DNA of 64,000 nt, from assembly GCA_013239625.1 (NCBI GenBank), contig MU054220.1, positions 2,355,374 through 2,419,373 of the forward strand, written 5' to 3'. A program made the translations under genes and the position numbers. Within the stretch, counting starts at the first letter, position 1, and each line of letters starts with the position of its first letter. The notes beneath the pieces are model-generated. The model did not search any database, was not told the origin of the DNA, and worked only from the letters and a program-made list of their open reading frames with translations. This stretch comes from Lama guanicoe. Taxonomy: Eukaryota. Positions 1-10,591 of the stretch are shown here, in pieces.

Positions 1-1009
1 CATAGTCCACACACAGTAGATACACAATTCAGGGAACAGTTGAAGTTTTTGTGCTTCCAGGTGTGTTTGTCTTCAAAATGTGTTACCTGTTTACAGTTCT
101 AGATTTGTGATGCTTTGCCCCAAATTTCTTGCCCCCCTCCAAGTCAAGACTATCCTAGGAGTCAAGCAAGAGCTGTATGGAGACAGGAATGGTTGCTGCT
201 GTGGTGCTTACATTTTGGACTTGGAGCCTATATGGTGTCATTTGAAGTGTCCTGAAGTGCCCTGTAGAAAGTCCTGTTAATGGAAACAGAGCTGCCAGTT
301 GTGTAAAACCCTGTGTATTCCACCCACGTGGAGTTTCTGAAGAGTACTGGGCCACTTTTAGGCCTCTAATTAAAGGCCTGACATTTTGCAGTTAATTTTC
401 CAGTTGTTGGGAGAACATTACTTATGCAAGTGATCCTACATTTAGTATTTAAAGGATTTTTTTTCTTTTAAAGAGTTAACCTTGGGTTGAATCCTGTGTG
501 TTACTTTGGGATATATGTCAGTATTACATGGCTGATTTGATTCTTAGACTTTGCTTACGTGGGCATAGTGAAGTGGGGAGAGATGCAGTTACTCGAATAA
601 ATGAAGTAATTTGACTCCATTTTAACAGTCCATTCCAGGTCTAATAATTTTCTGATTCACACCCCTGGAATGCTATTGGTAGGGAGGATCTTGGGTTTGA
701 ATTATTAGTCAGGTTTTATAGATACAGCTCTAAGTTGTTGGTTCTTTTTTTAATTCACTTTTTATGTAAAAGTAACCCAAATCTCATTTAATTATTTTTG
801 CCACACAAATGAATACTTTTCCTGAGTACTTTTTACTTTGTTGTCTGGTCACAGCCTTTGAAGTATTTCTTAGAAATCTGCTCCTCTTGGGAACTGTGGC
901 ATCTCAGGTCTCAGGGGTTTTAGTTGGCCATATTGTTTGGTGAGGGAAACTATAGTGAACCCCGAAGAGAATTCAGTAATAATGGCAACAATAACAGCAG
1001 CAGTGTTCA

Positions 1010-1145
1010 TCATTCACCACTATTTCTTACTGGAGCCTCACAACAGCCTGGTGAAGCAGATGCTGCAATTCCTGTTTACAAAGGAGGCAACTAAGTCTCA
1101 GAGAGGTTAAGTAACTTGCCCAAAGTCATATTGCTAGAAGGTGGA
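1010..1145 (-). mobile_element. MIR SINE fragment
   Basis: ctcagagaggttaagtaacttgcccaaagtca MIR core. Confidence 0.7.
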
Positions 1146-2749
1146 GTAAAATTGCTGTCATAAGATGATCAAATTGTAAAGGCAACCTGTAAATCTAACT
1201 TTTAGTTTCCACTAGGTTGTGCATACTCTCTAGGTGATTTTTATTAGGGGTTGTTAAATATAATTACATCCTAGAGTTAAGCTGAGAAAACCTTTCAGAG
1301 TGGTTTCTTCCCATCTTTTTAGAGTGATCAGTCATGTTATGGATGGAGGTTGGTTAGAAATGGTGTGGAATCTTGGCATTTGTATTATATACATATACCC
1401 TAGTTTGGTTCTATGTGCACAAGGCTTTTGGTGATTGAGAATTGATCTGGGGCTGTGTAAGAATATCACAAAGACTGTTCTTGGCACCCTTTATCCCAGT
1501 CTGGTTTAAGGGACAGATTGGGAAACTTGTTTCTTCCTGCTTTTTGAAAAGAGGAATGAAAAAATACACTTGACTGGCACTTCCTCCTCAGCGATAGGCC
1601 TGCCTGACTGCAGTTTGATTTAGCTCCTTTTGTTCTTTATGGAGAACAAAGTAAAATTTCTTCTCAGGTGGCTGTAAGGATTATATCAGGAGAAGTCCCT
1701 TATCCTTTTAAGGAAACAGCAAATATTTTTCTTCAGACAAAAGGGAGACTGTGCAGGTGTTTCAATCCCTTTGACTTCTTGGCATCAGTCAGACTTTCTC
1801 TTGTTTGAACTATTAGTGTGTTGAGGTCCCTGGGAGTTGATAGACAAGCCCTTTGGTGATACTGAGCTTTAGTTTTTAGTTTTCTTGGTAACTGGTATTT
1901 GTAGCAGCTCTTTCCTCATCCTTCTGATTCCTGTAGGAACTTGGGATTGCATCACAGTTTTCTGAATCATACGATGTTTGTGACCTATATTTTCTTCTTC
2001 CTCCTGAGTTACACGAGGTCAGAAGGTCAGATTTTTTTCCTTAGTAATTGGGCTGCTGCTGCTTTCACTACGTTACGAGATTATAGGTGGTTTAAATGTG
2101 TTTCTTTGAAAGTACTTTCATGTTGCACTGTTAAGATGAGGGGCCCTCAGCTCATTTCTGCTGAACTTTTCTTAATTAGGTAAAAGAATGGCTCAGAAAA
2201 AAATTACAGACTCAGTTAAGGGTTAAGGTGAACGAATGGGAACTGTATTTCTGGCACCTTCCTGGTTAGTAATTACTCAGCTGTGTGGAAGTTTCACTTC
2301 CAGACTTTTGGTCTTAAACCAGGAGTTGTCACGGTCACCAAGGAGATTATTTCCTTCCAGTTAGTTCATCCTTAGCTTATGCAGGAGGTTAGCCTGCAGT
2401 GTGTTGACATTCCCAGTGTGTACATATTTGTATGGTGTACTAATGGGTGATGAGAACTGTACCACGAGGATGTGGGCTAGAGTTTGTTCCTCAGTCACTC
2501 CTTAGGGAACTTCGTGCTGTATTTGACCAGGAACTTGGGGTTCTGTTTTTCTGTGGAACCTTTTTTTTTCTGTAGAATCTTTCTGGCTTTTTATGTTTTA
2601 GTATTCCAGGGAGAAGACTCCTTTCAGCACAGGCTGTAAATATTTTTCTTTCTGTATTTGGATGCATCTAGTTATGTACTTTTTAGATTGCAGCCTTTCA
2701 TGAAGTGTAAAGAGCTGCTTGTTGTATGATTTTTTTACAGTAAGCATTT

Positions 2750-4500
2750 ATTACTTTTTAAATTTAAAAAATGAAAAAAACATTGCCTTTTCTGACGATT
2801 AAATCACCTATAATCCTACCACAAAAGAGAACCATGGTTAATGTTTTTTATATTTCTTTTGTATCATTATTCTCAAAAGATTTTTTTTAACAAAATTGGG
2901 ATCATACTATATATATAATTTTGTATTCTTCTTTTTTCACTTAACATGTATTTTTTCACATTATTAAATATTTTAAAAACAAAATTTTGAATAGGTAATT
3001 TCAGGAGTACAAATGACATAAAACAGAAACACTGAGTAGTCTAACTTCCATCTTTGTCTCTATTTACCTTATCCCTTCAGTCCCTAATAAATGATCATTA
3101 ATTTCTCCTTTTAATTAAAAGGTAGTGTTACTATATTTTGTTCCTTGCTTTTTCCCCCTCTTAACGATATATTTTGGAGCTCTCTTGTTGTCACTACCCA
3201 GAGACTCTTCCTTATCATAGATTAGTCATCTCATCCCCTTTAGATGGACACTTGAGTTGTCTCCAATTTTTGCTATTACAAACAATAAGAAGTAGTAATT
3301 AAAGGAAAAAAAATTAAGCATTATTCTGCTTCAGTTATTAAGAGAAAGTTTTTTACAGAAGAATGCCAGTTAATAAATGTAGAAATAATGATGGAATTAG
3401 AAAATCAACATTTTTCAGCCCTCAAAGGAAATAATTCAAGAGTCATCAGTGACTGCTAAACCATTAAGCAAAAGGTTGAAAGAGGAACAGGGTATTTACA
3501 TGGTGCCAAATGTTAGCCACAGATTGCTAATTGTAAAGAGGAAAAATGCCTTAATAAAGAGAGCTCTGGCTGTTACAGTCTCAACCAAGTGATCATGTTT
3601 TGGTAAATGATTGTATAATTTACCAAGTCCCACTACGTGGAACAGTCTGAGAATATGATGTGCTGTAATACACACCATGAAGTAAGTAGATAGCATCACC
3701 TGTGAAGCATTCTTGCCCAAACCACTTAACCTACATCTACTCAGTGTTTACAGGAAATATTAGGGATAGAGAAGCAGCTAAATGGCACCGTGAATAAATA
3801 ATCAGACAAAACAAAGTTGTAAGACATTCTACAAGTCAACTGTCTTGGTCTAAAAAGCTTGTATTGTAAACAGACAAACAAACGAATATAAGCAAAACCA
3901 ACCAAAAATAAAACTTGGAGGCTGTTCTAGAATAAAAGAGACTAAAGAGATGTAACATCCAAATTCGTCGTTTGAGCTTTGATTGGATTCTGAATTTTTT
4001 AAAAGCCATCATTAAAGACTTTTTTTTTGGACAGTTGCAGAGATTTGAATGAGGGCTGGGTGTTAAATGATAATTGGTGTGATAATGGTATTGTGGTTAT
4101 GAAGCTAAATGTCCTCATTCCTAGAGGATGCACAGTGAAGTATATGGAGTTAGAGTGTCTTGATGCCTGCTGAAGCGTTTTCTTTCACAAGAAAATTAAA
4201 AACAACCCATATATGGCCATATCCCTATCCGTGGAGATAGATGAGGCAAATTTGACAGTATATTAACAGTTCTTGAGTCTAAGGGGTGAGTAGTATGTGT
4301 TTGTTCTACTGTATTTTTATCTTTTCTGTATATTTGAACTTTTTCATAATAGATTTGAAGAAACAGTGCTGCAGTGGATAAAATTTCTTTATGTATTCTT
4401 TTTAAATGCCATTTCACTGCGCTGCATGTTCCATTGTATGGAGGAGCCACAAATCTTTAATTGTTGCATGTGTGGGTATTTTGCTGCTAATTGACATTTT
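2750..4500. mobile_element. cluster of old L1M (L1MC/L1ME-type) 3' fragments
   Basis: AT-rich degenerate L1 3' UTR-like motifs (gatggacacttgagttgtctccaatttttgctattacaaacaat; tttctgtatatttgaactttttcataata). Confidence 0.55.
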
Positions 4501-5119
4501 AGTAGAATTTTTGTTTATTTTGTGACAGTTTTATGCACCTAAGAGCTTGCAGTGGGTGAGAAAAAGAAATAGAAATTTTTTTTCTTTCCTCCTCTGTTGT
4601 CTCTTCTGGAACTTTAATGGAGAAGAGAAAAAGAGAATGAGAAAGGTACCTTGAAGTAGTCCTGTGCACTTGCTTTTAGGTACGAGGTAGAATTGAAGCT
4701 GCTCTGTAAGAGTAATAGGAATTATCACCCTGTCACCTTGTCCAGTGATAAGGAGGGGTACTAGCAACCAGGGAAGCAGCACTGAGAGGGGAGTGCAGAT
4801 GTCGTGTTATGATTCATGTTGTGTTTGACAAAGGTTTAGATCTTTTTGTTAGTAGCAAATTTCTTCCTGCCTGCGAAGAGAACTGCTTTAGACAATGGTC
4901 TGGTTTTTTGTTATGAGACTGAGCTATGGGGGTTATGAGAGGAATTTAAGGGTGGAATATTTTTGGAAGAAAAGTTCTGGGACGAGGGTCTTTTCTGAGA
5001 AAGGGTCATTAAGTGTGAAAAGAATAATACTTTCCTTTTTGAGCTAGAATCGTATTTACAGTGGGAAGCTTCTCTGAGTACAGAATAGATATTCTTTGAC
5101 ATTAATGTCCGTATCTTAG

Positions 5120-5238
5120 ATTTCCATGAAGACAATTTACAAGGACCTGAATGGCCTCATTTTAGCTGCTTCATCGTGTGGAGCTGTTACTTGCTCCGTC
5201 TCTTCCTGTGCCTGGTGTGACAGTGGCTGCTGAGCACC
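5120..5238 (+). other. AMBRA1: AMBRA1 5' UTR portion of first coding exon (exon 2)
   Basis: Candidate acceptor gtatcttag ends at 5119, 119 nt before the ATG. This agrees with the recalled human exon structure. Confidence 0.7.
5126..5233 (+). other. upstream ORF, 35 aa ([35 protein letters not shown])
   Basis: ATG at 5126 is open to TGA at 5231-5233 and out of frame with the main CDS. Confidence 0.6.
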
Positions 5239-5373
5239 ATGAAGGTTGTTCCAGAGAAGAATGCTGTCCGGATACTCTGGGGGCGGGAAAGGGGCACTCG
5301 GACCTTTGGAGCTCAGCGACTTCTGCAGGAGCTGGTGGAAGATAAAACCCGGTGGATGAAATGGGAGGGCAAG
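5239..5373 (+). CDS. AMBRA1: AMBRA1 exon 2 CDS (aa 1-45, N-terminal DDB1-binding region)
   Basis: gcaccATG in good Kozak context; translates [45 protein letters not shown]; donor AAG|gtaaga. Confidence 0.97.
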
Positions 5374-5760
5374 GTAAGAAAAATGGGTATTCTCCACATT
5401 GTAGGGTGACAGTAGAACGGAACCTTAGAATAGGTTAATGACATAAAGTTGGAACATAATTTGTTTTGTGTAGGAGAATTGATAGATCTAACAGGGTTTT
5501 GTGGGGGGTGTTTTTGTTTTTGTTTTTGTTTTTACAGATTTGGAAGAATGAATGGGCTAGAAATAGCTTTTTTCCTTCAGAGCTAGACATTTTTCCTAAA
5601 GGTAGTTTAGATTTGTCTTTTTCAATTTGTAGGTTAATCATTGATTCCAGCTTTTAGATACGTACTGTAAATATTAATCTAGGATGGTTTGCTGCTTTTG
5701 AGATAGAGTAAGCCATAGTTTATACATAAATAATGTCTTTTAACTTTGTTTGTTTCCCAG

Positions 5761-5819
5761 AGAGTAGAACTGCCGGATAGTCCACGTTCTACCTTTTTAC
5801 TGGCCTTCAGCCCAGACAG
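5761..5819 (+). CDS. AMBRA1: AMBRA1 exon 3 (59 nt)
   Basis: tttcccag| [19 protein letters not shown](R) |gtacct. Confidence 0.96.
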
Positions 5820-6265
5820 GTACCTAGTACTTACCTATAACGTTACCTAAGACTTGTGATAGCATTGCTTTCTGTGTGTTTGGCCTAGCTTGATCTTCTG
5901 AGTGAGATCCTTAAAGGCTCTTTGAAGCACTGAATGAACAGAGCTTTGCCAATGTTACCAGATTGGGAAAGAAAGTAGATGAGCAGTGCTAACCATAAAA
6001 ATCATGGGAATAAGCAAAGGAACCTATGAATATTGAGGATCAAAACTCAAAAAGTTTTTCAATAATAATCCTTTGCCTGTGTGATACAGGCCACCAACAG
6101 TGTGATTGTTTTCTCTGCTGGAAAAAATACTCTCTGAACGGGTTATATGTCATTTGGGGACAGTATGGAGAAGCCAAAAGCTTTTAGAGATCAGAATGTT
6201 TCTGTTGTTTGTAATGGCCAGGGTGTATTTTTTTCACGCTGGTTTGTAGAATAGTGTCACTTTTC

Positions 6266-6420
6266 TTTTTTCTTTTTCTCTCCTTTTTTTTTAATTTAAA
6301 AAATTTGGGGGGAGGTAATTAGGTTTAGTTATTTATTTTTTGGAGGAGGTACTGGGGATTGAACCCAGGACCTTGTGTATACTAAGCATACATTCTACCA
6401 CTTGAGCTATACCCTCCCTC
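6266..6420 (-). mobile_element. tRNA-derived SINE (camelid Vic-1-like)
   Basis: reverse-strand A box (tagctcaagtggtag) and B box (ggttcaatccc), T-rich tail, TSD agtgtca(c/a)ttttc at 6253 and 6421. Confidence 0.85.
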
Positions 6421-6491
6421 AGTGTCAATTTTCTATGTTGTCCAAAGCTCTCACATGCTTCACATTTACTTCCTACTCTTTGATTCCGTAG

Positions 6492-6675
6492 GACTCTCTT
6501 GGCCTCCACCCATGTAAACCATAATATCTATATTACGGAGGTGAAGACAGGCAAGTGTGTTCACTCTCTAATTGGACACCGCCGCACTCCATGGTGTGTC
6601 ACTTTTCACCCCACCATTTCAGGCCTTATTGCTTCTGGCTGCCTAGATGGGGAGGTTAGGATCTGGGATTTACAT
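6492..6675 (+). CDS. AMBRA1: AMBRA1 exon 4 (184 nt, WD40 repeats)
   Basis: ccgtag| [61 protein letters not shown] |gtaagt; GH...WD signature. Confidence 0.97.
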
Positions 6676-6702
6676 GTAAGTGTTTCCTTTTCTTTGATAT
6701 TC

Positions 6703-6788
6703 TTTTTTTTTTAAATAGAGGTACTGGGGATTGAACCCAGAACCTCATGCATGCTAAGCACACACTGTACCATTGAGCTGTACCCCAC
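6703..6788 (-). mobile_element. tRNA-derived SINE (Vic-1-like)
   Basis: gtactggggattgaaccc...tgagctgtacccc, poly-T, TSD ctttg(a/g)tattc at 6692 and 6789. Confidence 0.85.
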
Positions 6789-7398
6789 CTTTGGTATTCT
6801 AAATCTAGAGACTTGTTTACCATTGGGTTCTTAACTCTGAAGGAGAGATTAGCCAGATTTCTAGGACTATATGTAAGTAAGTGGTAGTTATTGCCCAGTT
6901 AATTGACAGGAGGTCTAGTTCATAGTCCTCCATTCTAGAATGAACACCCTATTTAACTATTCTTCCATCAGCCCTTTGGGACATAGTATAGGACACTCTA
7001 AGATGTCTTCAGGATGGACTTCTCTTGTCTTAGATCAAGGATTGTAGTACTCTGATGGTGATCATCAAAGCAGTATACTCCTTGTCCTGGTGACTGGCCG
7101 ATGGGTTGCTGTGCACCATGTCGTGCATCAAGCTTTGGTTTTCACAGGCTACAAAAACAGCAGCTGTGCGGGTGCTCATTGCTTATGGATTGTAGGTGAC
7201 AGAACTGAGCTGACAGTAATATTTTTCTAATAAATTGGTGACGTTGCCAGATTATTGGTTTTCTACATGGTTTTCAGAGGACATATTTAAAGTAGGCCCT
7301 AAAAGTAGTCATTTTACCTTATATGGGCCTTTTTTTTTGACATCTCAGTCCACTCACAGCTTGTAAGCTGAGAATGTTTGGGATTTGTTCGTTCATAG

Positions 7399-7571
7399 GG
7401 TGGCAGTGAAAGCTGGTTCACAGATAGCAACAATGCCATTGCCTCTCTGGCTTTCCACCCAACGGCTCAGCTCCTGCTGATTGCCACTGCCAACGAGATC
7501 CACTTCTGGGATTGGAGTCGACGGGAGCCCTTTGCAGTGGTGAAGACAGCTAGTGAGATGGAACGGGTCCG
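7399..7571 (+). CDS. AMBRA1: AMBRA1 exon 5 (173 nt, WD40)
   Basis: ttcatag| [57 protein letters not shown](R) |gtgagt. Confidence 0.97.
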
Positions 7572-8515
7572 GTGAGTACTCTGCCCACCAGTGATGTCTG
7601 GGGTAGGATTAATATAGTAGAGAACATTTACACACGCTTTCACCTCAGGAGACAGATTATTATCTTTGTATTATCCCTGCTTGGGTGGGGTATAATCCCT
7701 ATGGCTCCTCCTACTTTTTAAGCAGCTGGCCAACCAGCTGGGGAGCTGTTTATTTTGTTCATTTTAGCTGTTCCTTGGCCTCATCTTCTGGTCTCTGTAG
7801 ACAAGGGTTGTTAGAATCTTTTTCAGATTCAAAACTGTCTGGGTTTGGGATAAAGCCTTTATTTTCAGAAACCTGAAAGGTGTTCAGGTGGTAGATAGAT
7901 TGGTGGGTAAATTGCTCATCCCTGGTTGTCTGTATCAAATTGGAAGATGGAGATGTAGATATGTCTCGAATCTGCTAATTGATATTTACATATTTAGCCC
8001 TGGAAATCAGTGCACATGTTGCCTGAATTAAAGTTGGTGCATTGTTTTCCTTGGGTCCCTTTGGTATTGAAGTTGAATATTAGCTGACTTTCTGGTCTTA
8101 GCTATGTACCTTGATGCTGAGACTGTTTCTTGTCACCAGCACTCATGCTTCTTGCAAATGTAGCTGCTGTGTGAGGGAAGTCCTGAGTCTGTGGCAGAGC
8201 ATGGGAGCATTCTCTACTTTACTGTTCTGATGGGCTCTTAGACATGAGCAGCTATGTGTTTAATGTAGCTGCTTCCTGAGGTGGAAGCCTAATGGTTTTT
8301 GAAATTATTTTTGCAAGTGTGAGGATGTAACAAGAAGTGCCAAGCCTTATTTTTTTTAATCTGTTTGAAAGTTTTGAAAGTCTCTAGCATGAAGTTGATA
8401 CCTGGGTAATCCCACAATTATAAGTAATGATTGCTAGAAACTTTCACACAGGTTTCCTCTTCTTGGTTAACACTATTTCTCTGTCCATGTCTCTGTACCT
8501 TTCTTCTGTTTTCAG

Positions 8516-8582
8516 TCTGGTGAGATTTGATCCTCTTGGACACTACTTACTCACAGCAATTGTTAACCCTTCTAATCAACAG
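8516..8582 (+). CDS. AMBRA1: AMBRA1 exon 6 (67 nt)
   Basis: long pyrimidine tract, ttttcag| [22 protein letters not shown] |gtaagt. Confidence 0.96.
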
Positions 8583-9137
8583 GTAAGTTAGTCAGCAGTT
8601 CTAACTCCATCTAAACTGTGGAGTTACTTTCTCAACTAGTGCTCTAATTCAAATTATACTGGACTTTAATTTTCAATGCCCAAGTGTGTCTTTCCAGTCA
8701 AGATTCAGAACTAGCTTCAGACTGTGTATTCAGAGTTACAGCCATAATCTTGACAGAGGAGTCTATTCTGAAACCCCTGGGTGATCGTCTCATTAGAAGT
8801 AACCAGCCAGTGTTGGATAGCGCGTCATTCATGTGCCTCTGGCTGGTTGACATTTTGCTTCCCCTTGCTGCCTCCGTATAATGGAGATGCCTTTTATAAG
8901 AGAATTGGTTTGCCAGCTATATTCATTCAGAAATGTTGCTAATTGGAGGTGAATAATTTAATACTGTATGATGATTCTGAATCTGGAACCAGTTAGTCCT
9001 TCAGGGGTGAAGTTGTTACCTGTCTGTGAAGTTTGTTTTCGTTGGATGATTACCAGTAGTTAATTTCTCTTGATTTACCTGGAAGTTCTAGCTAACTGCC
9101 TGGCTCTACCCTCGCCCCACCTTGGTCCACGTTGCAG

Positions 9138-10591
9138 GGTGATGACGAACCAGAGATCCCCATAGATGGAACAGAATTATCCCACTACCGTCAGCGTGCC
9201 CTCCTGCAATCACAGCCAGTGCGCCGGACGCCTCTCCTCCACAATTTCCTGCACATGCTGTCCTGCCGCTCCTCTGGCATCCAGGTGGGAGAGCAAAGCA
9301 CAGTGCAAGATTCTGCTACCCCCTCACCCCCACCGCCTCCCCCTCAGCCCTCCACGGAGCGCCCCAGGACTTCCGCTTACATCAGGCTCCGACAGCGGGT
9401 CAGTTACCCCACAGCCGAGTGCTGCCAGCACCTTGGGATCCTGTGCCTTTGCAGCCGCTGCTCTGGCACTCGAGTTCCTTCCCTCTTGCCACACCAGGAC
9501 AGTGTCCCCCCTGCTTCTGCCAGGGCTACTACCCCTTCCTTTTCTTTTGTACAGACCGAGCCCTTCCATCCCCCGGAGCAGGCTTCGTCAACGCAGCAGG
9601 ACCAGGGCCTCCTGAACCGGCCGTCTGCCTTCAGTACAGTCCAGAGCAGCACTGCCGGTAACACGCTCCGCAACCTCAGTCTGGGTCCCACTCGTCGCTC
9701 TTTGGGTGGCCCTCTGTCTAGCCATCCTTCTAGGTATCACCGAGAACTAGCTCCCGGGCTGACCGGATCTGAGTGGACCAGGACAGTGCTCAGTCTGAAC
9801 TCCCGCTCTGAGGCGGAATCCATGCCCCCGCCCAGGACCAGTGCCTCTTCAGTGAGTTTGCTGTCTGTGCTGAGGCAGCAAGAAGGTGGCTCTCAAGCAT
9901 CTGTGTACACTTCAGCCACAGAAGGGAGGGGTTTTCCAGCTTCGGGGTTGGCAGCTGAGTCAGATGGAGGGAACAGCTCCAGCCAAAACAACACGGGCAG
10001 CATTCGCCATGAGCTTCAATGTGACCTGAGACGCTTCTTTTTGGAGTATGACCGGCTTCAGGAGCTGGACCAGAGCCTGAGTGGGGAAGCCCCCCAGGCA
10101 CAACAGGCCCAGGAAATGCTCAACAATAACATTGAATCTGAGAGGCCAGGCCCCTCCCACCAGCCCACCCCGCACAGCAGTGAGAACAACTCCAACCTGT
10201 CCCGTGGCCACCTGAACCGCTGCCGGGCTTGCCACAATCTCCTGACCTTCAACAACGATACCCTGCGCTGGGAAAGAAGCACACCTAACTACTCCTCTGG
10301 CGAGGCCAGCTCTTCCTGGCAGGTCCCCAGTACCTTTGAGGGCATGCCCTCGAGTGGCAGCCAGTTGCCACCTCTTGAGCGGACTGAGGGCCAAACGCCC
10401 AGCTCCAGCAGGCTGGAGTTGAGCAGCTCTGCTAGTCCGCAGGAGGAGAGGACTGTGGGGGTGGCCTTCAACCAGGAAACAGGCCACTGGGAACGAATTT
10501 ATACCCAGTCCAGCAGATCTGGAACTGTGTCACAGGAGGCCTTACATCAGGATATGCCTGAGGAAAGCTCTGAGGAAGATTCACTCAGGAG
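9138..10591 (+). CDS. AMBRA1: AMBRA1 exon 7 (1454 nt; Ser/Pro-rich disordered region, aa 207-691)
   Basis: ttgcag|GGT GAT GAC; matches ORF 9132..10595 ([11 protein letters not shown]...SSEEDSLRR); donor AG|gtgagc. Confidence 0.97.
9285..9554 (+). other. AMBRA1: in-frame exitron (270 nt, aa 256-345) within exon 7
   Basis: CAG|gtggga donor; pyrimidine tract ccccttccttttcttttgtacag| acceptor; length is a multiple of 3. Confidence 0.8.

Noticed and set aside
10221..10235. CXXCH heme-c attachment motif (CRACH)
   Set aside because: c-type heme attachment needs mitochondrial intermembrane-space machinery, which is implausible for AMBRA1. Kept only as a Cys cluster.
9166..10487. Multiple overlapping alternative-frame and antisense ORFs in exon 7
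   Set aside because: Expected shadows of a GC-rich coding exon, with no independent evidence.
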